Assembly: GCA_030704615.1 (NCBI GenBank)
Contig: CM060734.1
Coordinates: 36,890,001 to 36,954,000 of the forward strand
DNA from: Takakia lepidozioides
Lineage: Eukaryota > Plantae > Bryophyta
DNA: 64,000 nt
Reading direction: 5' to 3'
The translations under genes and the position numbers were made by a program. Below the pieces are notes generated by a model. The model was not told the DNA's origin, did not search any database, and saw nothing but the letters and a program-made list of their open reading frames with translations. Shown here in pieces: positions 48,316-61,487 of the stretch. Within the stretch, counting starts at the first letter, position 1. Each line of letters starts with the position of its first letter.

Positions 48316-51300
48316 TCAGGGAGGGATGTTCTCTGCTTGGAGCGTGGAGCACACGGCGTCCTGGACAAGCGTGGGACGCCCATTTAAGAGCAGCTGCTGT
48401 GGAAGATCCACGCGTATGGCTCTGTACCGATAATCCTGCTACCAATAAATTATGAAACCCGGATGAGAAAACATTAGAAGGTGTTAATTATGAACTTGAA
48501 ATCGCTACTTACGAACTAAGCTGTTTTCCCCACATCTGCTGTATGAAACCAGAAGCCAACACCTTCTCACCCTCACTTTCTAGACCAAAAGGAGCACATT
48601 GTTGTCTCTACCAGTTTGTGAACTGCCATACCTTCTCCCATGAGACACACACATGGTGAAAGAAGGGTTCCAGCAAGGTCACGGTATAACCCTCTCTTAT
48701 CTGCACAATCCAAAGCAGGAGTTGGTTAGGCAACATGGCATGCAGTCATCCAGAATGTTTGAACTTTCCTCATCTACTTTTGGAGCGAGGTCACCCTGTT
48801 CTCCTCTGTGAAATGCACGGAAGCAGCATGGGGGATGGAAAATATGACAGCTAAGAGACCAATATGAGCTTAAGCAGTCATCCTGAAAGAGGTTTCCAGT
48901 AAGGCCACCCTGTTTTCCTCTGTGAATGCACAGAAGCAGCAGGGGGATGGGCAATATGACAGATAAGAGACCAATATGAGCTTAAGTAGAAGATAACCAC
49001 AATGTTTGAACTTCCCTCATCTACTTTTGTTTTGCATCTCAGTTGGATCAATAGAACAGGGCATGCCCCTTACTCAAAGCATCTCTCTTCAAAGAACTGT
49101 AAAGACTGAGCTGAATAGAAGTTGTCCTCAAGGTAACAGGGAAGTGAAACACATACCGCGCCCTCGCGAAGTGCATACACAGAGAGAGCAAAGCAGTTAG
49201 TTTCTCGATCAGCCACCAAATAGAATCTGTGCCCCAGAGGTCGAGGTCAATCAGTAGGACTCGGGTCCTTAAAGGTTTGACACCCAAGGCCTCTGCAACA
49301 TTGACTAATCGCTTTCAAGAACCCATAGGGCAACGGCTAATTTAATTGCTGTTTGGACCTGCCCCAGCACCTGCCTCTGTGATAAGACTGCATGTAACAA
49401 TTCTGTAGTATATTACATCCAATACACAAACATGACCTTGTCTTATAAGAAAGCACACAAGAGGTACAGAATAGGAATGGGGCATACAGAGGCACTGAAT
49501 TGTCATGAGTAACAGCCTGTAACACCTTCCCTTGAACAGCCATGCCTTTATTGCACCCTTCTTGCAATGCTGCCACTCCTACTTGCTTGTGGGCCCCTAC
49601 AGCTGCCCCCCAACTAAAATGACATGCAGGCTTTGAGCACTCCTATGAAACAAAAGAACCCTAATGTTGAACCTACTTGTTAGAGAGACCAACTGCTCTC
49701 ACCAAAACCTCTCTTCCACTCTGTCATGCCCTGTTTCATCCACACTGACCAATGGTGCAAGCACAGCCACATTTTCACATCTGCGGTCAGCAGAGGGTTA
49801 GAGCAGAGGGTTAGAGCAGCAGTTCTGGAATCAAACTCAGGCCTCAAAAGTATGAGCTGAATGCCAGTGTGAGTGTCAACACTTAATTCCCTGTAACCAG
49901 ACTGTGATTTGCTGTGCCAAAGCCATGATGCTTTCAAATTGATTCTTACTGGGCTGAACCCGCATGGCTAGGACTATGCTCTTAAGGTACATTGTAGCCA
50001 ACATTTGCGGACAAAGTCAAGAAGTCGATTCACACATGCTCTCTCTCTCTTTCTTCACCCCCCTTCGTTTTCAGTCATCATTTCAGGTTTAGTCCTTTCT
50101 TTTGTTCTACTTCGTCTCATGGGTCCTCAGGGCCCCATGTGGACATTATGAAGTTTCTTTCACTTTGCACTTGAGCAGGCAGAACAGTGGTTGGGTATTT
50201 GTGCTTTGCTTGCGCAACCTGGGTGATCCTGCGTTCAATCCTTCAACATGTGCCTTCAACCATCCATTGGCCCCTCGATGGGCTGTGCGTTGAGCAGTAG
50301 GCTCTGTAAATCCACTGGACGTTAAACAAACTTTAACTTTAACTTCTCTTTATTTTCTATCGGATACAAATTTTATCTTTTCCTTTCTCCTTTCACTTCT
50401 CTCACGATTTCATGAACCTTCTCAAGCTTTGAACAGGCTGCAGGTTGGGCAAGGGTCTGAGGGCCATTCCAGTCCAAGGGTTCAAGTCATCCTACATACA
50501 GAAATGAGAGAATCTCCCTCTCTCACTCTCCTCCCACCCAAGGAAGCGAACTGCAAAGGTGGACATGATGCCCAAAACAATAGTCATGTTCAGACTCTAC
50601 TCTCAAACTGCCCTCAGTGTCCTGGTCAATCAGCTAACATTGTAACAAGCAGCATTAAAAAAAGCCTTTCAAAGTGTAAAATACAGCTCACAGGTATCCA
50701 AGGGGAGGGAAGACAACAGTGATGCTAGTCTCTTTGGCTTGATCCGTCCCTGCCACATCCACAAACTACAGAACTCAAAACCTGATCTGAAGATGGTTGG
50801 AAGGTTAGAAACAAACATAGTTCAATTCTCACCCCACGCTGCTATTTATTGGGGTTGTTGGGGGAGGGCATCGAGAGCAAGTCTGATGGAGATGCAGAAG
50901 ATAGACACACTGAGAATGGCACCTCTCAGACACAGTGGACCAGGTCACAAGTTGGAAACAAGTAGTACCTTGTTGAGGGTGAGATCTTCAAGTTTTCTTA
51001 GGAGGTTGACAAGCTTACTGACTTCATGTTCAGCATGCAGCCCCGGGTCACGGACACTGGCAGCTTGAAATCCACGCAGCGCCCTTTCATAGTCTTCCAG
51101 ATATTGATGCACCTGCTCATCCCCTTAGTTCCATTTCTTCCTCAGTCCCACCTCTTGTGTAGCACTTCGTTCTCCTCTATACAATCTCTTCAATAGATGC
51201 ACTATGTACCACCATTGGTACATGGCGCAGCATGTTACTTCTCTGCCTCTCGTTTAAGAAACTTTGAAATCCTATGAACATAATGTTGTGTATCAAAGGC

Positions 51301-54300
51301 GCAGTTGCCTTCATTCGGCCTAAAAATCAGTAACTTGGACTATACAGAACAACAACTCTATACAGTCATTTAAAGCTTAGCCAAACAGATACTGCACCAG
51401 TCCAAGTTAAAACCTAAACTAGCAACATAGAGAGTGCAGTCTTAACATAGCATTGTCAATAAAAAAGACTTGGACCATCAACTTCATCATGTGTGGCAGT
51501 GACAAGCTGCAAACACTCCCCACTGACTTTATCAGCTCCCAACAGTAGGTTGTATATCACAGTTAATGCCACACTCATATTCATGGGCATATACCATTCC
51601 GCAAATCTTCATTCTGAGTTTCTGCCACCTTTCTGAGCACTGATCTGCAGTGATATCATCACTCAATTTGTCTTTGGAGTATAATGGGAGTACCTATATC
51701 GAAGGCGTATAGACATCACAAGAAGAGTCTTACCGTGGCACTGTTGAAGTGGAGGTCAGGATTTGCACTGGCCATCTCATCTTTCTCCTGCACCACAGAT
51801 CCATGACTACTCCATTATAGAACATTGTCCAGGACCCGTAGTACCCACCTACCCGAAAAGGGTGCAGCTTCAAATGAACTCATTGAGCTTCATGGACATC
51901 AACATGCCAAAACAAAGTGTGGAAATGACTGAAGAAGGGACATTGCCTTGAAAAGGATAGAAGACTCACTGCATTTTGGTATGCCTTAAGGGACTGATGC
52001 AGCTTACTTCGGTCCCAAGCCCCCGACACAAAAAAGCTTGTCAGATATGCATTTCCTAAGATATCTGCACCCGAAAATTTGCAAGTTAGTCCAGCTGACC
52101 TCACTCACAGACATCCCTTGGCTGCCAGAGGGACCTACCCATAAATGCATCCAGAAGCCTTGGATAATCCCTCCCAGCAGCCAGAGTAAAAGTATTGGAT
52201 GTTGATTTGTTGCAGGAGATCCACTGAAGGACTGTGCTTGCAATAGCCTGGGGCAAAATTGCAATGGCCATTGTGCCTTAATTACATTATACATCGAACC
52301 TGGTTTTGAGAAGGTACAGAGGCCTACACCAAGACTGGCCATCTTTGATGTCAAGAGTGACAGCTTGCTTGGCATGGCGGATGCTCTCTTCCACTGTTTC
52401 AGCCTCCTCTGGGCTACCTGCATTGACCACTTCATTTGTTTCAAACATCAACGATGATTTTCAAGTTGCAGATCATCAGTTTTGTTCCTCCTCGTTCCTT
52501 ATGAAAATTGATGGCATGTTGTTCATAAACAAACCCAAGACTCCAAAAACGTATATGGAATGGGTGGTGCATAGACAAGAATTCCAACTGAAAATTACAT
52601 GTTGTACCCAGATATATTAGACATGTCAGCCTTTAGCCTGTTTTAGAACAACAACAAACCATCAAATGCTATTATTTCAGCAAACCTATGCCAGACCTAT
52701 GTTGCAACAAGCTCACATCATTAGCTGTGAGGCACTCATGGCAGTTTCTAGTAAGAGTGCCACCAAACTGGCAGGGTATACCTGGGTCCAAATCAGCAAA
52801 TATCTTATGTTAATTGCATAGTATTTCCCATTATACATTCTCTGTTGATGCCACGGAGGAGCTAGGATGAAGAAGGAGAGCAATACCGAAATTTCTCTCC
52901 TACAAAAGGTATACACTTGTGAATTAAGTCAAAAGCAAGCGTGTGCCATGTGGTCAATTTTACTGTAATATTGTTACCACCAATGCTGGGGAAGGGCTCA
53001 GGGACAGGCCAAGAAAAGCTCGCCTTTAGCAATGCGCCGCTCCAGCATGGAGAGTTGTTGAAGGGCCTTTTTGTTCAATCCCTGACCCCATTACCCAGCA
53101 GCACATGTGGCCCATTGTCAACTCTTCTAAACCACATTTGCGACATACAAAGGAAATTACTCCTTTGGACACATTTCAAATCTCCCTATCAAGTGTCAGT
53201 GCTTACATCTAATCTTGACGTGTCAAATCATGTCAACTCGCTAATTTCAAGATAGGGAGAGAGAAGAAAGAGGCCAAATATCAGCTGTCAATTAAGTTAC
53301 TTGCAGCACTGATAAAATGCTGCATACCTTTCGAAGTGTTGCAGAAATGATGTGGAGAACATGTTTGAAGACCTTGGTAGGATAAAATGGTGGAAGTGGA
53401 GACCTTGCTGAGAGCGATATTAAAGCAATTCTTGGCAGATGAGAGGTCCCCTTTCTTCCAGAAGCAATTGCCCAGACAGCACCATCCACCAATCATCAAA
53501 GGGTCCAGCTTTACCTGGGTCACATCCATTCATTGATCAAGATACCTCTCACTTCAGAAGAAAAAGATCGCAGAAAGGAATTACTAAAGAGGAAAAAGGC
53601 ACATGTAGGAAGGATGTGTCACAATGCGATGTAAAGCCTGACAACACATCTGCAATCTCCCTCTCTGTCTGTCTGTCTGTTCCGCCCAAACTGGGCACTG
53701 GGTCTATGGCGACAAGGCTCCGGCAAACACCATCTTATGAGTACACCTGTGAGAGAATGGCATGCCATCACGTCGAACGTCAAACATTAAGCTTAATCCA
53801 GCTGGATGTCTAAAATGAGGTCAATGCCACCCCTCATGATAGCACTCAGTTCACTGTAATTGGACTGCCATGAGACGTTCAAGAGCACCCTCACATTTCC
53901 TGGATTAAGTTTCACACTCTGGTGACACACTACCCCACAACCTCGTGCAACTATGCGGGCACATTATAGCCAGCATCTACAGGGAACAACAAAGCACTCA
54001 TCATAGAGCTTCCTAGAGCATCAATTCGATTGCATGCAAATATAGGAGCAGGGAAGATCCAATACGGATTTTGATAGGTGGCCTTCGGCGTCCTTGCAGT
54101 AATCAGGTCTTACATCGAGGGCTTTCCCTCTGAGATACTCCCATTGAGCCCTCCGCTGAGGCTGCTTCTTGCATTCTATACCCAGTAGACCCCATTCAAC
54201 TCCTGACGTATCAGTGCAAGTTTCAGAGAACAGGACCTTAATTATTCCAAAATACAAAAGAGAGCAACATTGCCCCCTTTGGCAAGTAACAGGCGGAAAT

Positions 54301-54792
54301 GACAGCCATTCACTGGTTGGAGCCATAGCCCGACTCAGTATTGAGGATATGTGTGTCTAGTCTCCATTCTCAGTTGCATTGGCATGCCTCGATGCCTTGA
54401 ACATTTTGTCTCACTGTATTAGCAGGGAGAGAAACTGAGACAAAATTTCTGGCAGCGAGAAGCCACTTGCCACAGCCGTTGACCCTACAGCTTCAGCAAA
54501 AAATATCCATGGCCACACGAGGAGGACCGAGAGCAAAGAAGATGTATGACTCTGGCATCGGCCGGATCTCAGCCAAGAGAATACAAAAGCAAGAATCGAA
54601 AATACCCGGAGCAATGTCATCGAGAACCGAAAGTACTTCTTGCATTGAGCTGTCAAGGCGCGCCTTCTTGATAGAAGGATCAAGTGGGAAGAAGGTGTCC
54701 CGCACAACATAGAGGCCCTCAATTTTTTGCGCCAGGGCTTCATAGGGCTCCCTGCTCTCCACTGTCGTCACGCCTGTCGCTGTCTCTTCCAT
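48316..54792 (-). CDS. TTC5: Tetratricopeptide repeat protein 5 (TPR plus C-terminal OB fold), multi-exon
   Basis: LYVVRDTFFP, EYLRGKALDVRPDYCKDAEGHLSKS|VKLDP...WCCLGNCFWKKGDL, HAKQAVTLDIKDGQSW, LGNAYLTSFF, NPDLHFNSAT, YLEDYERALRGF, LQEGCNKGMAVQGKV, AIRVDLPQQLLLNG. Confidence 0.88.
48745..49030 (+). repeat. Intronic imperfect tandem duplication (~110 bp)
   Basis: CACCCTGTT..CCTCTGTGAA...AAGAGACCAATATGAGCTTAAG occurs twice, and AATGTTTGAACTT.CCTCATCTACTTT occurs twice. Confidence 0.8.
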
Positions 54793-55059
54793 TCTCCTTC
54801 CTCCCCTCTCTTTACGTGTATTTTTTCACTTGGCACGCTCTACTTCACTCTTCTTTCACCTACCCTATCCTATCATACACTGTGCTTTCTGCCTGTCCTC
54901 CTTACTCCTCCATATCGGATTCTCATACTCCCATTATCTAATTCATGTGCATTTAGCTTGAGATCCCGGTCCCCCTTCTCTCTTTCCCTTATTTCCCTCA
55001 TCACAGGAGAATTCATATACGCCATCGGGACCAAATGCAAGGCCCAAGAACCATGATTC

Positions 55060-55112
55060 CTAACCCTAAGCTTTAGGGTTAGGGCTCGGGCCCTAGTGTA
55101 AAGTGGGCCTTA
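55060..55112. promoter_or_regulatory. Telo-box and site-II-like (GGGCC) elements upstream of TTC5
   Basis: TAACCCTAAG..TTAGGGTTAGGG..GGGCCC..TGGGCC about 270-320 bp 5' of the TTC5 ATG. Confidence 0.45.
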
Positions 55113-56139
55113 GAGGTGAAAACGTATGTGCACACTATATAGAGGCGAAGTTGTAGCTGAAGATGATCAAGAACAACCAGTATTAGAGCATATGAATCGA
55201 CAAAGGGCTATCACCAATACCCGGATTGAAGAGAGAGTAGATGATAAACAATGTCTGAGATCCAAGTTGAGGAGATACTATGGATGGATCAGTTTATTCA
55301 ATTTGATGTTGCTTCATCAATGTCTCCCAAGCACTTGGCACAATGACACTATACACTTTGTGTGCACTTATTGCACAACAGCGATAGATATATTCAATTG
55401 TTAGATCGAATAGTAGTAGGTAGCAGGAGAGCAAGAACAGCGAAAAAGTCTCCGAGCACAGACAAGTGTGACGCGAGATGGTGAAGAGGAAGCTGATGCA
55501 CATCAACTGGCAACAGAAGCAAGAAGCAACGGATATGAGGTAAGGAAATATATAGGTCTATCAATATTATGAATTGAGGGTTAACTTGAGACTTGAAAAT
55601 CCTGGGGGAGGACAGTGCCATAGTTGTGACATGAACCCCTACAAGCGGATCATTACATTCCATGAACCCACTCATCCTCCTCCTGTAGATTCATCTCTGC
55701 ATTCATCAGGTTGCAGGGTAGGGTGAACACAATGCCTCTTGGCTACTGCAGTTCACTTGACAGGCGACCAGCCGACTTTTCTATAAGAATGCCAATCTGC
55801 CAACAGAAGCCATTAACACCAACTGCTACTGACTAATGGCCGTAAGAATCTGAACACTTTCATCTTATCATTGACACTCTGCATTCAGGATACATGTTGC
55901 ATCTACTTGACCAATCTTTTTTATGTTTGCGATTCTAATATATCAGCTTCACCCCTGACCCACTTAGCACAAGACATGTCTCTGAAAGAAACCTACAAGA
56001 GAGCATGCAACCATTGGCGACAATGTTACAGTGTAACAAATGACGATCTTCCAGTGTAAGACGCTGCAAGTTACCCTGGGCACAACAAATAGTTGAAATG
56101 AGCTGGAAACCCCAAACTAGGGTGTATATGTTGCATGTT

Positions 56140-59100
56140 TCACCAGTAATCCCCACAGGAACAAACCCCATCTTGGAAGTGGTGAAAACGGTTGGTATCC
56201 CTTACAACAACTTCCCGCCCAGTAATCTTAGAGATAAACTTGGTGGCAGTGTGGCAGTCGCCACACACACGAAGGTTTTTTATGATGCGGATAGGCATTC
56301 CGGGTGGTGTGTTGATGAGCCCAAAAACAATGGCCAGCTTCTCACTGTGGTAGCGAAGAGAAAATTCCTTTTGCTCCTCCTCCACATCATGCATTACAAA
56401 GCATGTATCAGGCACATACCCAGCCTCCTTCATCTGCCCAGACAAGCTATTCAGCTCATTATGGATTTCCTCAATTTGTGGATGCAATTTGTCTTCTACG
56501 ACAAATGTATGCACTTGGTTGTCCACCTCAATACAGCTGCATCCTGGCTCCTTTCTGACACCTCTCTCCTCCATCAATTTTCTCATCTTTTCTTTTTCTT
56601 CCCACCTGCCAGCTGCAGCATAAATGTTTGATAGCAGTACATAAGCTGCAGCACATTGGGGATCACTCTTAAGAAGGCTTTTTGCTGCATGTTCTGCTAG
56701 CTCCAGGTTACAATGGATTCTGCAGGCACCAAGTAAAGCCCCCCATACCGAAGCATCTGGTTTGATTGGCATTTTGGTAATGAAGTCCTCTGCCTCATCC
56801 AATCGCCCTGCACGGCCAAGCAGCCCCACCATGCAGCCAAAATGTTCCACTGTAGGTGTGAGGCCATAGTCTCGACTCATGGAATCAAAGAAGTGACGAC
56901 CTTCATCCACTAAGCCCACATGGCTACATGCGGAGAGAAGAGACATAAAGGTAACATTGTCTGGTTTCAAGCCTTCCAGTTCCATTTGTGCAAATAGTTT
57001 CAGGGCCTCCCTACCACACCCATGCTGAGCATATCCTGCAATCATTGCAGTCCATGAAACCACATTTCGTTGAGTCATGTTCTCAAACACTTGGCGTGCA
57101 TCTTTCATGCTCCCGCATTTGGCATACATATCAACAAGGGCAGTCTCCAGAATGATATCTGACGCAATTGCAGCTTTGATGATGTATGAATGGACTTCTT
57201 TGCCCTTTTCCAGGGCTTCTAGGCTGGCGCACACTTTGAGAATACAAGTGAACGTGACCCTGTCGCATGTCACCCCTTCCCGTTGCATTTGGTCAGAGAC
57301 CTCAAAAGCCTCCCTACCACACCCACGCTGAGCATATCCTGCAATCATTGCATTCCATGAGACCAAATTTTGCTTAGCCATGTTATCAAACACTTGTCGC
57401 GCATTCACCATGCTCCCACATTTGGCGTACATGTTGACAAGAGCAGTCTCGAGAATGACATCTGGTGGAATTCCAGCTTCGATGATGTCAGCATGGACCT
57501 CTTCGCCTTGTTCCAGAGTTCCTTGGCTTGCACACGCATTGAGAATGGAAGTGTACGTCACCCTATCAGGGGTCACACCTCTCCTCTTCATTGTATCGTA
57601 TATCTCAAAAGCCACCCTGCCACACCCCTGCTTCGCATATCCTGCGATCATTATAGTCCATGTGAACATGTCCCGTTCAGGCATTTTGTCAAACACTTGA
57701 CGTGCCTCTACTAAGCTCCCGCACTTGACATACATGTTCACAAGGGCAGTTTCCAGTACAATATCTGGTGCAATTCCAGCTTTGATGATGTCAGCATGGA
57801 CTTCTTTGCCCTTATTTAAGGCTCTTACGCTGCCACATGCATTGAGAATGCATATGAACATCACTGTGTCGGGCATCACCCCTTCCCGTTGCATTTGTTC
57901 ATAGATTTTGAGTGCATCCCTACCAGCCCCATGTTTAGCATATCCTCCTACCATAATAGTCCACGTAAACATATTACGTTCAAGCATCTTATCAAAAACT
58001 CGGCGTGCATCGACCATGCTCCCGCACTTGGTATACATGTTGAGAAGGGTGTTGAGTAGAAAGATATTTGGCTTGAATCCACTTTGGACAATGTGGGCAT
58101 GTACCTGTTTTCCCGCTGTTGGGGATTTCATGTTGATGCACTCCTGCAAGAGGCAAACATAGGTACTGGAGTCTGCCCAACTGCTTTGGTTCAAAATATG
58201 GAGTGCCTCTTTCAGTCGTCCTGCTTTACATAGTGTCCTCACAGCCCTCCCAGTTTCAGAAGCCTTCATCTTCACTACGTCTCTGGGTCCAAGTGCATTG
58301 GTGTTGGTGAGACCCGTCTCATCTCCTACCAAGAAATGTGCCTGATTCAACTCTGCCATCCTCCATGACACAGTTTTACATTTGTTAACACTCCAAACAC
58401 ACATGATACATCTCAATCCTCCTGAATACCTCAAAGATAGCCCTCTCTCTTAAGGACAGGCTTTTTGCTACATATCAGCAAAGTTGCAAAACACTACTGC
58501 AGTCACTTTCTTCGAGTTTAAACGGTACCATTTCTATCTGTTACAGTTGGAACCTTTGAATGATCATCAAAAAAATACCAGTTGTCTTTTAGCCCTGGAG
58601 CTCCATGGCGTATGGCGACCTTAGAAGCATCACCAGCCTGTGATCGACCTTTTACCATGGAAATAAATTCTGCTTTTAACCAAGGAGGGCCCAACCGACG
58701 CTCAATCCAAAGGACCTCCTTTATGCGCTCAAGTCTGAAGTCCGATGATCGTGGATTTCTCTGCAACCACCATGAGCAGGAAGCTGAGCATCCACAGTTC
58801 CACCAGGGAACCAAACTACCACCACCCAAGCTTCAATCTTGAACAGCCCACTTTCATGCCCTGCAAACAAGGAAGAATCTGCTGCTAGCACCATATGATT
58901 TTGATTTTGCTGCTTTCCACCACAATGAGAACAATGCCATTAATGGTAAGCAATTGTATATACAGCCGACTGCGCAAAACCAGCATGCCATCTGTCACAA
59001 ACCCTTATTGACAAATTACCTTACATTATAAATGAAGATAATTTTACCTTCTCAAACTTGTTGTCCCAACGCCATGAAGGATCCGAGAAAAACTCCTGCC

Positions 59101-59908
59101 AGAAGTGCTCTTTGCTTCCGGCTTGACCTGTGTGCAAGAACTGCAAGAACATCAGCTTTGACAGCTCCAATCACCTTAGCCACTCTGAGGAGTGCTACTG
59201 TTGCATTAAATGCTTTTTCGCACACACAATGAGAATACAAACAGAAGCTTCCAGGTGTTGCAGAAGTTACTAAAGGAAATTCTGGTGGCAAGGTTTTACA
59301 TCGGACTTTACAATTAGTCTTCACAATCCACTTTGGCACTGGCCTCTCTTTCTTACTCTTGTCCCACACGTAACGAGTCCTTCTTTGTTTCTCTATCTCA
59401 ATCAAGGAAGACATGTACATCAGAAGTTTCACACATTTCGAGAGATAACGCAGGAGCTCATGGACCAAGGACAAGGATATAGAATACACTTACTTTCCTC
59501 TACAGCCCTTGTGTGACTGTAAAATTGAGCTAATTTGTTTTATAAAATGCATGTAGCGCCTTCTGGGATGGGTAACAGATAAATGAAGCCTGGATCGCTC
59601 CCTTGCAAACAGTGAGACCAAAGAACATATGCAAGGACTTGACCTTTCCTCGCTTTCTCTGGATGAAGGGGAGAAGTCGCAGCCCTCTCTTGCAAGGGTA
59701 TCCAGCCCGCTATCGCCAAGGTGGATGCCCACCTGAGCTCCACACCCTGACCCGTAAATTTTCTGCATTGTGTAAGGCCTCCAGCTCTTTGGTGGCAAAG
59801 ATACGAACAAGCCTCGGGTATGGTCTTACGCTTTGCGCGCAGGAGAGCACCCGCGCACGTTGCTGTCCGTGTGCCTATATCCACACGACACAGATTGCTG
59901 CGAGCCAT
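56140..59908 (-). CDS. PDF-motif + PLS-PPR (14 motifs)-E-DYW protein, paralog B; exons 59908-59644, 59127-59048, 58760-58579, 58360-56140 (915 aa if spliced so)
   Basis: Exon lengths 265+80+182+2221=2748 nt keep frame. Contains a presequence with [27 protein letters not shown]|[20 protein letters not shown], and intact PGCSCIE, HSEKLA, CGDCH and CSCGDYW. The last acceptor is a weak GAG. Confidence 0.88.
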
Positions 59909-60479
59909 CCGTAGCAGCCTCACGTCCCTCCTTCCGAGTTGTCAATTACCAAAGTAGATCCCTCTCTGCAAATTCTGCTTGTATATTGTCCAAGCTTACA
60001 GTACATGATAGAATTCATAATGATCACAGCTAGGTAACCCATGGTGTGGGATACTTCTAAGAAATGCGTGTCCGAATGCGACGAAAACAAACCCTGCTAT
60101 CAGAAGAAGAGCTGAAAGAGAGACTTTTGGATCAGTTCAATTAACAAGAAAGTGAAAGAGATCTGTTACTCTATCAGTCATGAGGGATGCAAGTAGAAAG
60201 ACGAGTCTCTCCATACCCTTTAGCTTGTTTTAGGGTTTGGAGCACAGCTAAATGAATCACCACGTATGCATGACCAATTCAAATTGAAAGTTTACGCGCG
60301 AAGAGAGAGAGAGAGAGAGAGACTCTCTCTCTCGGAGAAAGCAATTGCAGTGTGCGAGAGTGATGCAGAGAGAGGATTCTGACTAAGTAACTGATGCACA
60401 GGCGAGAGGGAAGAGAGGGTTTAAGGCAGACATTACGGGTAGGGAGTGCAAAGCAGGGTATAAGCGGCTGAGAGGACGA

Positions 60480-61487
60480 ATGGAGGGAGTAGAGGAGCAG
60501 TCAGGTGTGCAGGAGGAGCAGCATCATGGGCCTTACACTGTGGACCAGCTTCAGGTATGTGGGATTGCAGCAGTGGACATAAAAAAGCTGAAGGAGACAG
60601 GTTATTGCACTGGGGAGGCCGTTGCATTTTCTTCAAAGAAGGAGCTTTTGATGATCACAGGCATGAGCGAGGCAAAGGTCGATAAGTTTACTGAAGCTGC
60701 TACTAAGCTGGTGCCTACGGGGTCTACAGGTACCAGACAGATGCATGAGCAGCGCGCAAGGACCATTAGAATCTCCACGGGCTCCAAGGAACTGGACAAG
60801 ATTCTTGAAGGCGGCATTGAAACAGGGTCAATCACTGAAATCTATGGAGAGTTTAGGACTGGAAAGAGCCAGTTATGTCATACGATGTGTGTCACTTGCC
60901 AGCTTCCTCTTGACCAGGGGGGAGGTGATGGCAGAGCTCTGTACATTGATACAGAAGGCACCTTCAGACCGCAAAGGCTGTTGCAAATTGCCGAAAGGTA
61001 TGGATTGAATGGAACTGATGTCCTAGACAACGTCGCATATGCCCGCGCCTACAACACAGATCATCAATCAAAGCTCCTGATGGAAGCAGCATCGATGATT
61101 GCTGTCACAAGGTTTGCTCTGATCGTGGTAGATAGTGCTACTGCTCTGTACCGCACAGATTACTCAGGCCGTGGTGAGTTGTCCGCCAGGCAAGTGCATC
61201 TGAGAAGGTTTTTAGGAAGCCTCCAGAAGCTGGCTGATGAGTTTGGAGTAGCAGTTGTTGTTACAAATCAGGTGGTGGCGCAAGTTGATGAAGGAGCGGT
61301 GTTTGATGGTCCTCGTATCAAGCCAATTGGTGGCAACACCATGGCCCATGCTTCAACAACCAGATTGGGTTTGCGCAAGGGGCGGGGCGCGGAGCGGATC
61401 TGCAAGGTGCATTCCTCTCCCTGCCTGGCTGAGCGGGAAGCAAGATTCCAAATCGCTGCCGAGGGTGTCACAGATGTAAAATATTGA
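60480..61487 (+). CDS. RAD51: RAD51 recombinase, intronless, divergent
   Basis: 335 aa with N-terminal HhH, Walker [19 protein letters not shown], Walker [28 protein letters not shown]. Confidence 0.95.
   Translation: MEGVEEQSGVQEEQHHGPYTVDQLQVCGIAAVDIKKLKETGYCTGEAVAFSSKKELLMITGMSEAKVDKFTEAATKLVPTGSTGTRQMHEQRARTIRISTGSKELDKILEGGIETGSITEIYGEFRTGKSQLCHTMCVTCQLPLDQGGGDGRALYIDTEGTFRPQRLLQIAERYGLNGTDVLDNVAYARAYNTDHQSKLLMEAASMIAVTRFALIVVDSATALYRTDYSGRGELSARQVHLRRFLGSLQKLADEFGVAVVVTNQVVAQVDEGAVFDGPRIKPIGGNTMAHASTTRLGLRKGRGAERICKVHSSPCLAEREARFQIAAEGVTDVKY

Noticed and set aside
56140-56560. U-to-C (KP/GRP-type) DYW variants
   Set aside because: Both genes have a PG box, HSE and a terminal DYW, i.e. 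the canonical C-to-U type.
56098-58180. Numerous antisense/overlapping ORFs on the PPR genes (also at 4825-7109 and 43739-46024)
   Set aside because: These are shadow ORFs produced by the codon patterns of repeated PPR motifs.
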